From: an uncultured virus (IMG/VR IMGVR_UViG_3300033068_001295)
Taxonomy: Duplodnaviria > Heunggongvirae > Uroviricota > Caudoviricetes
Strand: one strand, 5' to 3'
Length of the DNA stretch: 64,000 bases
Virus record (IMG/VR): IMGVR_UViG_3300033068_001295
The notes below the pieces were generated by a model. It did no database searches. It saw only the letters and a program-made list of their open reading frames with translations, and was not told where the DNA came from. Positions 44,434 through 55,109 of this stretch are shown one piece after another. Position numbers and translations under genes: made by a program. The first letter of the stretch is position 1, and the number at the start of each line of letters is the position of its first letter.

Positions 44434-45039
44434 ATGACAAAAGATTGGACAGGAAACAGCAACAGCATCTATAAGACTTTAGGTGCAAGCAATCATACTG
44501 ATAAAGAAAGGCAGAATGAAGATTATTACGCAACAGACCCGAAAGCAGCCGATTTGCTTTTAGAACTTGAAACATTTTCGCCAAATATTTGGGAGTGTGC
44601 TTGTGGTGAAGGGCATTTAAGCAAGGTGTTTGAAAACGCTGGACATATAGTTAAAAGCACCGACCTAATGGATAGGGGATTTGGTGAAACAGGGATAGAC
44701 TTTTTGAGCATTGACAACTTGGAATGGAACGGAGATATTATTACAAACCCACCTTACAAGTATGCACAGGAATTTATTGAAAAGGCATTACATATTATAC
44801 CCGAAGGAAACAAGGTAGCAATGTTTTTGAAAATACAATTTTTGGAAGGTAAAGGGCGAAAAAAGTTGTTTCTATCACAACCACCAAAGACCGTTTATGT
44901 TTCAAGTTCTCGGCTGCTTTGTGCAAAGAACGCTGAATTTGAAAAAATGATTGCTGGAGGTGGAAGTGCTGTTGCTTATGCTTGGTATGTATGGCAAAAA
45001 GGCTTCAATGGAACGACAGAACTCAAATGGTTTAATTAA
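44434..45039 (+). CDS. amino (N6A/N4C) DNA methyltransferase (cassette 14)
   Basis: DYYATDP, IWECACGEGHLS, IITNPPYK, YAWYVW. Confidence 0.85.
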   Translation: MTKDWTGNSNSIYKTLGASNHTDKERQNEDYYATDPKAADLLLELETFSPNIWECACGEGHLSKVFENAGHIVKSTDLMDRGFGETGIDFLSIDNLEWNGDIITNPPYKYAQEFIEKALHIIPEGNKVAMFLKIQFLEGKGRKKLFLSQPPKTVYVSSSRLLCAKNAEFEKMIAGGGSAVAYAWYVWQKGFNGTTELKWFN

Positions 45040-45145
45040 AAATTTCAAACGAGAATGTCAATCGGAGAACGTCTGCAAGGCATTACGCATAACTGCTATA
45101 TATCCTCACCTATATAAAAACACTAATAAAATAAATATCTGACAG

Positions 45146-45946
45146 ATGAAAATTCTACAAATTTTTGAAAATAAATTGAGATATAAAAATTACTCTGAAA
45201 ACACAATAAAAGTATATGTACAAACTTTATCGCAATACTTAAAAGAAACTAATTGTAAAGACCCTTACAGAGTATTAGCTAAAGATATTATTTCATACTT
45301 AGAAAACAAAAAGTTTACTTCTATTGCTCAACAAAATCAGTTTATTGGTTGTTTAAAACTTTTTGCTCGATATATCTTAAATAAGAAAGATGTTCACTTA
45401 GATAAAATAGAAAGACCTCGTGGGGAAAGAAAATTACCAAAGGTAATTGAAAAAGAGTTTTTACTTGATAAACTTTCAAAAATTGAGAATATAAAACATA
45501 AAGCTATTTTAAGTTTAGCTTACTCAACAGGTATGAGAGTTTCAGAAATTTGCAGCTTAAAACAATCTGATATTGATAGTAAAAGGATGTTAATACATAT
45601 TAAGAATGCAAAAGGTAGAAAAGACAGAATTGTACCTTTAAGTCAAACTATATTACATTTATTAAGAAACCAACATATAAAAGAGAGACCTGTTGTTTAT
45701 GTTTTTAATGGACAAAATAAAGGAGAAGAGTATTCACATACAAGCTGTAATGAAATTGTTAAAAAGTATATTGGAAAAGAGTATCACATGCACCTTCTAA
45801 GACACTCACATGCCACGGCATTACTGGAGTCAGGAACAGATTTGAGGTATATTCAAGACCAATTAGGGCACGCAAGTAGTAGAACAACAGAAATTTATAC
45901 GCACGTTTCAACAGCATACAAGCATAAACTAAATCTGCCTATATGA
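45146..45946 (+). CDS. tyrosine recombinase, integron-integrase/Xer-like, with SAM-like N-terminal domain
   Basis: LRYKNYSENTIKVY; catalytic GMRVSE, KGRKDR, HLLRHS, LGH, TTEIYTHV. Confidence 0.93.
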   Translation: MKILQIFENKLRYKNYSENTIKVYVQTLSQYLKETNCKDPYRVLAKDIISYLENKKFTSIAQQNQFIGCLKLFARYILNKKDVHLDKIERPRGERKLPKVIEKEFLLDKLSKIENIKHKAILSLAYSTGMRVSEICSLKQSDIDSKRMLIHIKNAKGRKDRIVPLSQTILHLLRNQHIKERPVVYVFNGQNKGEEYSHTSCNEIVKKYIGKEYHMHLLRHSHATALLESGTDLRYIQDQLGHASSRTTEIYTHVSTAYKHKLNLPI

Positions 45947-46651
45947 AAACAATAGAAGTAGAATACATACAACTTAAATCAAAAAAACACTTTGTCGAAG
46001 TGATGGGGCAATATGGTGTTAATCATAAGTCTTGGATATGGGACACATTTAAAGAAAACACTTGTTACATACCTAAAGAAAATTGTTTTATTAGTTTAGA
46101 TAGAGTTAACCTCATTAAATAAAAATTATGGATTATACATTGTGTTCAGGAAAAAATTGTCATCTAAGTATGGAATGTTTTAGGTTTACCGCAAAAAGTA
46201 ATAGTATGTATCAAAGCTATTTTACAGAACCGCCTTACAGCAAGGAAAAAGAAAATTGTGAGTATTTTTGGAAAGAGAAAAGAGATGTATAGAAAATTTG
46301 AAGATTATTTTTCCGCTGTAAGAAATAGGAGAACAGATGATAATTACCCTTATACAGATGAAAATTTAGAAAAACATAAAGGGTATTTTAAAGATTGTTG
46401 GAAAATTAACTTGAGCCCGTACAAGGCACTAGAGTGGTTATCTTTTGAAATAAATAGCAATATATGAAATATTGTGAAAACCAAGTAGTTATGCACGCTT
46501 TTAGCTTTTCTAATTGCGAAAATTGTGGAAAAGAAATAAGTACTCCTCACTTACCTAGTTATGTCTTGTGCTACGATTGCGCAGGAGATGATAAATGTAT
46601 TCAATGTGGTGATAAAATAGATAAAGATGAGTAACTATTGCACCTATACTT

Positions 46652-47383
46652 ATGAAAAAATTAAATAGAGTAGGAGAAAAATACGTTAACAATAAAGGTC
46701 AACTATTAGAAATAATTGAATATATTGGAAAAGATAATTGCTCAGTTATGTTTGAAAATGGTTGTGTGGTAAAAAATATAAAATATGGAAATATAAAAAG
46801 AGGTAATATAACTAATCCGACAATCCCTTCTGTATTTAATAAAGGTTATATTGGGCAAGGTATTTTTAAAAGTTGTAGGAATGGTAAAGAAACTCCACAT
46901 TATACAAGATGGCATAATATTTTCTATCGTTGTTATTCTAATAAAAATGATTCTTATGAATATGTAAGTATTTCTAAAGAATGGCATAATTTTCAAAATT
47001 TCGCACAATGGTTTGAAGAAAATTGGAAACCCTACATGAAAGGTTGGCACTTGGATAAGGATATTTTATTGAAAGGAAATAAAATTTATAGCCCTGAAAC
47101 TTGTTGTTTTGTACCGCAAGAAATTAATAGTTTATTTATTAGAACTACTAATAAAGATATATCCTTTAATATTGATAGAAACGACGGTAAGTTTATTTGC
47201 TATATTAGTAAAAAAGGTAAAACTGTTAACTTAGGAAGATTTAATACTTATGAAGAAGCATTTATTGTATACAAAACAGAAAAGGAAAAATATATCAAAG
47301 AAATAGCTGATGAATGGAAAGATAAAATTGGATTGAAGGTGTATCAAGCTATGTATGAATATAAAATAACACGAGATGAGTAA
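46652..47383 (+). CDS. HNH-type homing endonuclease-like protein with AP2-like C-terminus
   Basis: WHNFQNFAQWF, LDKDILLKGNKIYSPETCCFVPQEIN, LGRFNTYEEAF. Confidence 0.75.
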   Translation: MKKLNRVGEKYVNNKGQLLEIIEYIGKDNCSVMFENGCVVKNIKYGNIKRGNITNPTIPSVFNKGYIGQGIFKSCRNGKETPHYTRWHNIFYRCYSNKNDSYEYVSISKEWHNFQNFAQWFEENWKPYMKGWHLDKDILLKGNKIYSPETCCFVPQEINSLFIRTTNKDISFNIDRNDGKFICYISKKGKTVNLGRFNTYEEAFIVYKTEKEKYIKEIADEWKDKIGLKVYQAMYEYKITRDE

Positions 47384-48287
47384 CTATATGGATGTATCCT
47401 TTCAATGGTTTTCCAAAGGTATAAAGACAATCAAGCCTTCGGGAAATATTACTTTAAGGCAACTTATAAATGCAATTATTTCTCCTAAACCTGAAATGAT
47501 TGAGGCTTTTAAGTTAATTCAAGAAGCAGGTGCAAAAGGAGATAAAGCAGAAAAAGATAGATTAAAAGCTGAAAAATTATTTTTTACTACCCCTTCAGCT
47601 ATATTTGACCCCATAAGAAATTATGATTCAATTAAAGAATTTCGCCCCTTTGGAATTTTTGAATACGACGATATACCTCACTGTGAGGAACTCAGAGATT
47701 ATATTTTTGAAAAAAGAAAAGATTGTATTTTTGCATTTTCTTCGCCGTCTTTTACTGGCTGTAAATTCATATTTTTATTCGGGGAAACTCCTACAAGTAT
47801 AGAACACTATAAGAAACTTTGGTTTGGAATTGCACATGACTTAGATAAATTTATTAATTTGGATTTAAGTAATGAACGATGCACTCAACCTCTTTATAAT
47901 AGTTTTGACCCTAATGCAAAGTTTAGAGAGGATGCTGTTGGGAGCGTAGTTTATGGGTACAAAGAAAATTCGTTTGTCCCATTTTTAGGCGAAATTCAGA
48001 TTCCAGAAGAAGTTAATGAAGAGGACGTAGAGCAATGTTTTAACCTAATATCCTACTTAATTGACAGAATAGAAGGCTCAGCTCACAACCAAGTTTTATC
48101 GGCTAGTTTTTTGAGTGGTGGGTTAGTTTCTTTTTATGGTATAGACCAAGATGAAATGTGGGCTTTATTAGAAGACAGGATTAGGGATAATTATTATATG
48201 AAAAAGGGAACGGATGGCTATCTTACTACCGCTAAGACCTTATTTTTAAAAGGATTACTAAATCCTACACCCATTTCTAAAAAGTAA
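47376..48287 (+). CDS. BT4734/VirE-N-terminal-like (primase-associated) protein
   Basis: RLKAEKLFFTTPSAIF, EYDD, FSSPSFTGCK, D.S....TQPLYNSFDP. Confidence 0.6.
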   Translation: MSNYMDVSFQWFSKGIKTIKPSGNITLRQLINAIISPKPEMIEAFKLIQEAGAKGDKAEKDRLKAEKLFFTTPSAIFDPIRNYDSIKEFRPFGIFEYDDIPHCEELRDYIFEKRKDCIFAFSSPSFTGCKFIFLFGETPTSIEHYKKLWFGIAHDLDKFINLDLSNERCTQPLYNSFDPNAKFREDAVGSVVYGYKENSFVPFLGEIQIPEEVNEEDVEQCFNLISYLIDRIEGSAHNQVLSASFLSGGLVSFYGIDQDEMWALLEDRIRDNYYMKKGTDGYLTTAKTLFLKGLLNPTPISKK

Positions 48288-49997
48288 AATGTTATAATTT
48301 TGTTAAAATGAATAATCTGCTAAAACTACTACAACCGCCAACATACAAGTCTAAAATCAAACTTTATTGCTCTTTTAATGAATTTAAGATAAATAAATTT
48401 GGAAGTAATGATAATTTGTCGTATATTTGTAAACGTATTAATATCTTAGAAGTTTAATTATGAATAATATTAAAGAAAAATTAAGGTTTAAGTTGTTAGG
48501 TCAGTTATCTAATGATAAAACAGATTTAGATGTTTACAATGCTTATAGTGTTGTTAAGGAAGTTTCCGTTGCTTTTAGTTCTTTTTTCGCGGAAAATTGC
48601 TTTGAAATGCTTGATAGTAAGTTGTATTATATTCGAGACCATCCAACTTATGATGACGCTTATAAGATAGAGGATATATTTTATTTTTGGGAGAATGATT
48701 TATTAGGATTAAATAATTTATAGATATGAAAGAAAAGATTAAAACTGTACTTTTAGCGGGAGAATATGAAGATTATGAACAAAACGGTATTTTTGTAATA
48801 AAAGTTCCCGTGGATGAAGTTTTAGATGCTTTAGACCCCGATGATATTAGTCAATATGCTCACAGTTGGTGTGGTATGATAAATAAAGATGATTGTATTT
48901 CGGACATATCTGAGTTTCAAGAGCATGAAATTGTAAGTTATTTAGATGACAGTTATTTTAATTGGTATAGTAAGATTGACGAGGACTCTGCTATTGATTA
49001 TTTAGAAGACAGGGGATATATTGTTTTAGAATCTAAGGATTTACCTAGTAATAGTTATGATTATACAGATAGTGTATTATTTGATGAGATTTCAGAGGTT
49101 TTCGACTCTTTATCTTTTTCTTCGCGCCAAAAATTAAGAGACTTAGTAATTAAATTTAAAGAGGATGAAATTTAAAGTGCCTTTATTCATAAGAACCTAT
49201 AATTCCCCATTTAAACCACTAAAACTAAGATGGTACTTTGGTAAAGTGGCTATAGGAGTACCTTACTTTTTACCGCGTAAGTGGGTAAAATTTACATACG
49301 TGGACGCATTAAAAAAAGCAACAGAAGATGTAAACAATGTTAGACTTATTGTATACGGAATGAATCCGACAGACATAGTAAAAAATTATATGAGTTATTC
49401 AAAACCTGTACCTAAAAAAATGGGTTTTGACTTTCGTGATGTTGGTTGGAAAACTAAATGGACATCAGATGACTACAGATTTGAATTTTCACCTATTGTA
49501 TCTTTTGTATTCTTTAGATATCAAATTGTACTGACTTTTGTTGCAGTAGAAGCTAGTAATTATTGGGAATCTTTTTTATTTTATTATTTTGAAACTGATA
49601 AAAAACTAAGTCAAAAAGAACGCATAGAGGATTGTAAAAAAAGATTTCCTAATATATGGACAACTCATAAAAGTAACGGAGAAAAAACAACAATAAACTA
49701 TTATGATTTAATACTAAAATGACAACACTTTATCAATCATGTGACACCTGTAAAACAGAAAGGCTTTTTAACGTAACCACGCTTGTTTGTTTAACTTGCG
49801 GAAATAAAAATAAATAATGACAAATGACGAAAAAATACAAGCATTAGAGTTTCTCTTAAGAGAACAAATCAAGTGGTACAAAGATTGTGAATCTAGTGAA
49901 GATTATGATGATAGTTACACTTATGACACAAGTGAAGAACAATATGACAGAAGTACCTGTTGTGAAATACTAACAATATTAAGTAAATAAACAATAA

Positions 49998-51002
49998 ATG
50001 CAAAAAATTAAAAATGTTCTCAATCAATCTCATTATAAAGAATTATATGAGATTTACACAAGCGATAATTTCGCAAAAGATAACGTGACAAAGGCAGTAA
50101 AACGTTTTTGTGAAAAAAATTCTATTCCTTATAATGACAACATTCGCCGAATGGGTTCTAAAATTCTTACAGATGGGTTTAAAACAACACTTTTAAACCA
50201 AGACTCTTTTGCGGAGCAACATCAAGCTAAAATTTTACTTTTTGACCTTGAAACAAGCCCTATTTTATGTCGTATGTGGTCTTTATGGCAAAATGGTGTA
50301 AATATAGACGATATCGTCGAAGATTGGACACTTCTTTGTTTCTCTGCTAAATGGTTGTTTGATGATAATGTTATTGCACATGTCTTAACTGAGGAGGAAT
50401 TAATTACTCGTGACGATGAAAGGATTTCAAGAGAGCTTTGGAAACTTATGGATTCTGCTGATATAATTATTGCGCATAATGCGGAACGTTTTGATATTCG
50501 TAAATCTAACAGTAAGTTTTTAAAACATGAGTTGAATCTTCCAAGCCCTTATCAAGTGATTGATACTTTAAAACACGTTAAGAAACGAATTAATCTCACT
50601 TCTAACAAACTTGACTATATTGCTCGTTATTTGGGTATAGAGGGTAAATTAGTTACTCCTTCAGGAATGTGGCGAAAAGTTATGGAAAATGATTACAACA
50701 TGCTTTTAGAAATGGATAAATATTGCCAACAAGACGTTGTTTGCTTAGAAGAAGTTTATTTAAAATTAAGACCTTATATTCAACCGCATCCTAATGTAGG
50801 TTTACATATTGTAGATAACGTTCATTCTTGCCCTTCTTGCGGTTCACATGATTTAGATTGGGATAAAGGTAAAGTATACACAACTAATGCAAATCAGTAT
50901 CATGCTTTTAGGTGCAACTCTTGCGGGTCTATTGGGCGTTCTCGAACTCCTGTTTTAAAGGCTAAAGATAAAACTAATTTAACTGTACCTAATGCAAGGT
51001 AG
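49998..51002 (+). CDS. RNase H-like (DEDD) exonuclease with C-terminal zinc ribbon
   Basis: LLFDLET, AHNAERFD, IDTL, SNKLDYIA, YCQQDV; CPSCG...CNSCG. Confidence 0.8.
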   Translation: MQKIKNVLNQSHYKELYEIYTSDNFAKDNVTKAVKRFCEKNSIPYNDNIRRMGSKILTDGFKTTLLNQDSFAEQHQAKILLFDLETSPILCRMWSLWQNGVNIDDIVEDWTLLCFSAKWLFDDNVIAHVLTEEELITRDDERISRELWKLMDSADIIIAHNAERFDIRKSNSKFLKHELNLPSPYQVIDTLKHVKKRINLTSNKLDYIARYLGIEGKLVTPSGMWRKVMENDYNMLLEMDKYCQQDVVCLEEVYLKLRPYIQPHPNVGLHIVDNVHSCPSCGSHDLDWDKGKVYTTNANQYHAFRCNSCGSIGRSRTPVLKAKDKTNLTVPNAR

Positions 51003-51147
51003 TTTTTTGGTATAATATTTGTTATATAAGTATATTAACTTCTTGCTACGAACACTAAGTTAAATTTAAAATATTATTTTTACCGAGAGACTTCTTTCAA
51101 AACTATTCGTAGTGGTTTTGTCAGAAGTTTTTCATTTTTTTAATTTT

Positions 51148-52353
51148 ATGTGTCAAACAAAAATATGTAAGTCTTGTAGACTAGAAAAAGAATTACCTAA
51201 TTTCAAAAAATGTAACAATACAAAAGATAATCTTACAACTAGATGCTCTATTTGTATAAAATATAATATATACGAAGTTTTAGACGAAAATTTAAAAAGA
51301 TGTACAAAATGTGATATTATAAAAGATAAAGGTTTATTTTCTAAAAGTAATAGGACAAAGGATAAAAAACAGCCTCAGTGTAAAGCGTGTTTATCTGAGC
51401 GAGAAAAAATAAATAAAGAGAGTAGAGTTCCTAACATAAAACCTACTGATGGATATAAAAAATGTTCTAAATGTAACTTAGAAAAACATGTAGATGAATT
51501 CTATTTGAACTCTAATCTATATATGGGAGTCCATTCTGAGTGTATATCTTGTACTGTAGATAAAGTTAAAAATTGGTATTCAGAAAACCAAGATAAGGTT
51601 AAAAGTAGAGTGAGGAAAAAGAAGCCTCTTAAGGTAAAATTGCCTAAGCCTGTTATTTATGAAAAAACCTGCACTTATTGTGGTTTGACAAAACCTTTAG
51701 TCAATTTTGGCAAAAATACTTTACGATGTAGCGACTGTTTAAGTGAGTATATTAAAAATAGAAGTTGTTCTATACTTCTTACTGAAAAACAATGTGGTAA
51801 ATGTAAACAAATTAAACCGTCATCCGATTATAGTAAGGACAAAAACACTGTGAGTGGGTTGTCATCAAAATGTTCTTTTTGTAGAAAAGGAGAGTACGAG
51901 AAAAGAAAGCATCATATAATGCATAATAATAAAATAAAACACGCAGAAAAATATAAAAATGATGAGTTCTATCGTCTCGTTTGCACGATAAGGGGGAGAA
52001 TTAGAAATAGCTTAAATATATACTTAAAAAATAATGAGAAGAAATCTAGACACTCCGAAGATATTTTAGGTTGCTTATGGGAAGAATTTAAAATCCACAT
52101 AGAATCACAATTTTTACCTTGGATGAATTGGGATAATTTTGGAGACGTTTGCGGAGATTCTCCTGATTATAATTGTTCGTGGGATTTAGACCATATTATT
52201 CCTGTAAGTTGGGCTCAGACTAATGAAGAATTATACATGCTAAATCATTGGAGTAATTTTCAGCCTTTATGTAGTAAGGTTAATAGGTGGGAGAAAAAAG
52301 GAAATTTAACTTCTTTGTGTAATAGAGATTTAAATGTAACCATTTATGTCTAA
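51148..52353 (+). CDS. HNH endonuclease-like protein with repeated CxxC modules
   Basis: Five K.C..C...K...F/Y repeats; ILGC, WDLDHIIPVS, NHWSNFQPL. Confidence 0.75.
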   Translation: MCQTKICKSCRLEKELPNFKKCNNTKDNLTTRCSICIKYNIYEVLDENLKRCTKCDIIKDKGLFSKSNRTKDKKQPQCKACLSEREKINKESRVPNIKPTDGYKKCSKCNLEKHVDEFYLNSNLYMGVHSECISCTVDKVKNWYSENQDKVKSRVRKKKPLKVKLPKPVIYEKTCTYCGLTKPLVNFGKNTLRCSDCLSEYIKNRSCSILLTEKQCGKCKQIKPSSDYSKDKNTVSGLSSKCSFCRKGEYEKRKHHIMHNNKIKHAEKYKNDEFYRLVCTIRGRIRNSLNIYLKNNEKKSRHSEDILGCLWEEFKIHIESQFLPWMNWDNFGDVCGDSPDYNCSWDLDHIIPVSWAQTNEELYMLNHWSNFQPLCSKVNRWEKKGNLTSLCNRDLNVTIYV

Positions 52354-52385
52354 CCCCACTAACAAAGGGGGTTTTATTTTTTTAT
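52352..52385 (+). terminator. intrinsic terminator near the strand switch
   Basis: AACCCC...GGGGTT followed by a T-rich tail. Confidence 0.6.
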
Positions 52386-54411
52386 AAAAGTTTTACTCTT
52401 TTACTTGTGTATGTGTAAAATTGTTTGTATGTTTGCTTAATAATCTTCTGTTTTTAGTCTTTTTACGGCGATTTTTGCCTGTCTTTTAGTGTGCTTCATT
52501 AGTATTCTTTTACTTTTAGGTTGTGTCTTTCAAATATTTTCTCCGCGATTTTAGGTTCTACACAAACCCATATAAAGACTTCGCCGTAATCACTGCTACC
52601 TATATTACAACCACCAAATTCCCAATAGTCTTTTTCAGCGAATAATGCAGATTGATTTCTAAAATAGACAGTCCAATGAGGCTTGTTATTTTGAATTATT
52701 TTAAATGCTTCTTCGTAGTTTAATTTACTTGGCTTCCTTTTACAAATTTCAGGATTATCTTTTGTTCCTTTTTCATCTATCCAACAATGATAACTCATAA
52801 ATAAAGCCTCATCAAAAATCTCTTTTGGATTATTTGGTAAATTTTCTATTATTGCGTATTTCATTTGTAATAGAATTTTATAGAGTCTACTAAGATATCT
52901 TTTATCATAAGTGTGTCGATATCTCTTAAATCAGTGTCAAAATCTTTATCATAATCTTGTTTGATGGCTAGTTTTTCTAGTGCGTTAATTTGACGATAAA
53001 CTTCTCTTTTATACACTTCTTGTGTTATTTGACCTGTTCCCATGTGAAATCTTCTTTAAAAGTTACTTTATATAAATCTAAAATCTCTTGTTTGATACTA
53101 TTATAATAAGCGGTTATAACTGAGATTTTCATTATTTCGCATGCTTTTAATACAGCTTCAATTTCCAATAAAGCAAATTTAAATGCGTCTCTGCCTACCA
53201 TCTTTCCTGTAATGATATAAGGATTTCTATCACTGTCAATATCTGATAACATTGTTATTTCTATGTTGCCATATTTATGTAAGATTTTCTGTGCTTCTGT
53301 TAGTTCCATATTTTAATAAGTTTTTATATTTTCTTTAAGTCATCAGTCGGTAACGTTGAAAGTTTGTCATCTTGTCCTATCATACAAATAGACAAGTCTC
53401 CATTTTTTGGATGTTGTCCGACGTATATAAATGTAAGCCCTTGTCGATATTTAACTCTGTCGCCACAATATAGATTACTCGGAAATAATTCCTTTTGGAT
53501 AGACTCATACTCCTTATTAAGTAAATAAATTTGCTTCTCGTTAGTATGCCCTTCCCTGATATACTTAATTAACGTACTCAATCTATAAATAATACTTGGT
53601 AGCTTTTTTCCATGTCTTTTATCCTTTATTTTTATAAATATTTCAATAATTCCTATCACCCATGCGATACATAATAAAAATAGCCCTATAAAAAACATAA
53701 TCTCGTTAATTTCCATCAATCATTTCTTTTAATTTTTCTACATAAAACCACATATTACTTAAAGCTATGTCTCCGCTATATCCCATTGAATTTAAATCTT
53801 CTTTTAGGTTTTTAAGAGTGTTTTCCGACCATCTTGTTTCTAGTGCTATGTTCATACTAGCTATTACGTCTATTATACTTTGACACATTTCAAAGTCTTC
53901 TTCTAATTCTTTTTCCGCCAAAATTATAAGTAAAGGTGCAATTCCATAAGATAATAGTCCTCTTCTTATAGTTCTTTTTAGGTCGTCTTTTTTGATATAT
54001 TCTTTTAAACGGTCAATCGTGTTTAACCAAACTATATCGTTATACTGCTCTACTTCCCAATAATCTACATAATAATGTCCTACATCAAAGGCTTGTTTTG
54101 CAAAATTTTGTTGGTCATCGTTTTTATCAAAGCCTAGTTCTAGTAATTGCTGTTCTCTTGTCATAATTTTATTATTTTATATCCTAAAAATACAGGTCTT
54201 ACTTTTGACATGTAACTTATTCCTGTCATTTCGTCTTGCATTTCTTTTGCGGGCGGTTTATGATATTTAGGCTCTACAAAAACTTCTACCCCCTCTTCTT
54301 CAAAAAGTCTTGTTAAGTGTAAAGTGTCGTTCTCGTTTTTTGATACTATAAATGCTTGACCACATCTGTCGAGTTCTTGAATTATATTGTCTGTGTTTGC
54401 TGTTGTTTTCA

Positions 54412-55026
54412 TTATGCAATATATAAGTTTGTGGGGTTATCTTTATGTAGCTCTAATTCTATATACCCCATTTTGTATTCTAATAACTCTGCTGTTAAAT
54501 TGTTTTTATATTCTAGTACATTAAAAGGTGTTGTAATTAAATGTATTCCTGTTTTACTTGGTATTTGTGCTAATATTTTATTTCCTTGTGGGTCACAAGG
54601 TTGAATAGCATTAATTATTTGCTCTAACCATATAACTTCTTTTTCATCTATATCTACAATCCATTTTTTAGTTTTCTCGTTGTTTAAAAGACCACAGGCT
54701 CTGTCGTAGGACTTCATTAAATGATTATATTCTCTGTTCTGCATTGTGTTAGCTATGTTTTCAAGAGCTTTGAAACCTACTTTTTCATAACTTCTTTTGT
54801 TTAACCTTAATGATGCTCTTGCACTAAATAAGTCACACAATGATTTAATCTCATCATACTTTTCTATGAGATACTCTTTTGAATTTATGTAGTAGTTTCT
54901 TATTACACGAGAATTACTTCCTAGTTGAGGATTTTCTTTTTTTCTTTGGAGTATTTGAAGATAATAAAAATCATCTTTCGATTCAAAGTTTAATAGTGGC
55001 AGTATTTTTTCTAAGTTGTCAATCAT
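54412..55026 (-). CDS. hypothetical phage protein
   Basis: 204-aa ORF; KWIVDID...SKTGIHLIT resembles a primase-polymerase-like motif set. Confidence 0.5.
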   Translation of the reverse strand: MIDNLEKILPLLNFESKDDFYYLQILQRKKENPQLGSNSRVIRNYYINSKEYLIEKYDEIKSLCDLFSARASLRLNKRSYEKVGFKALENIANTMQNREYNHLMKSYDRACGLLNNEKTKKWIVDIDEKEVIWLEQIINAIQPCDPQGNKILAQIPSKTGIHLITTPFNVLEYKNNLTAELLEYKMGYIELELHKDNPTNLYIA

Positions 55027-55109
55027 AGTATTTAATTTATTCTACAAATATATAGCTTTTATTTTTAATATGCAAATAAAAAAGCGAAGAATTTACTCCT
55101 CGCTTTAAA

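Larger units (their letters stand above)
37353..45093 (+). mobile_element. integron-like array of 14 gene cassettes
   Basis: TAAC...GTTA hairpins at 37353-37479, 38247-38372, 39003-39131, 39402-39489, 40399-40515, 40728-40853, 41045-41171, 41689-41781, 42341-42465, 42673-42801, 43069-43196, 43456-43581, 43948-44036, 44269-44358; final TAAC 45090-45093; one ORF per unit. Confidence 0.88.

Noticed and set aside
37353..45093. CRISPR array, REP elements or simple terminators as an explanation for the hairpins
   Set aside because: Units are non-identical, separated by whole genes, lack U-tails, and do not explain the cassette-specific end complementarity
45146..45946. Prophage integrase marking an att boundary
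   Set aside because: 266 aa with no arm-binding domain, phage genes continue on both sides, and it abuts the cassette array; not fully excluded
8548..47050. Short minus-strand ORFs inside + strand genes (and + strand ORFs within 54356-63507)
   Set aside because: Antisense shadows of real genes, with no motifs
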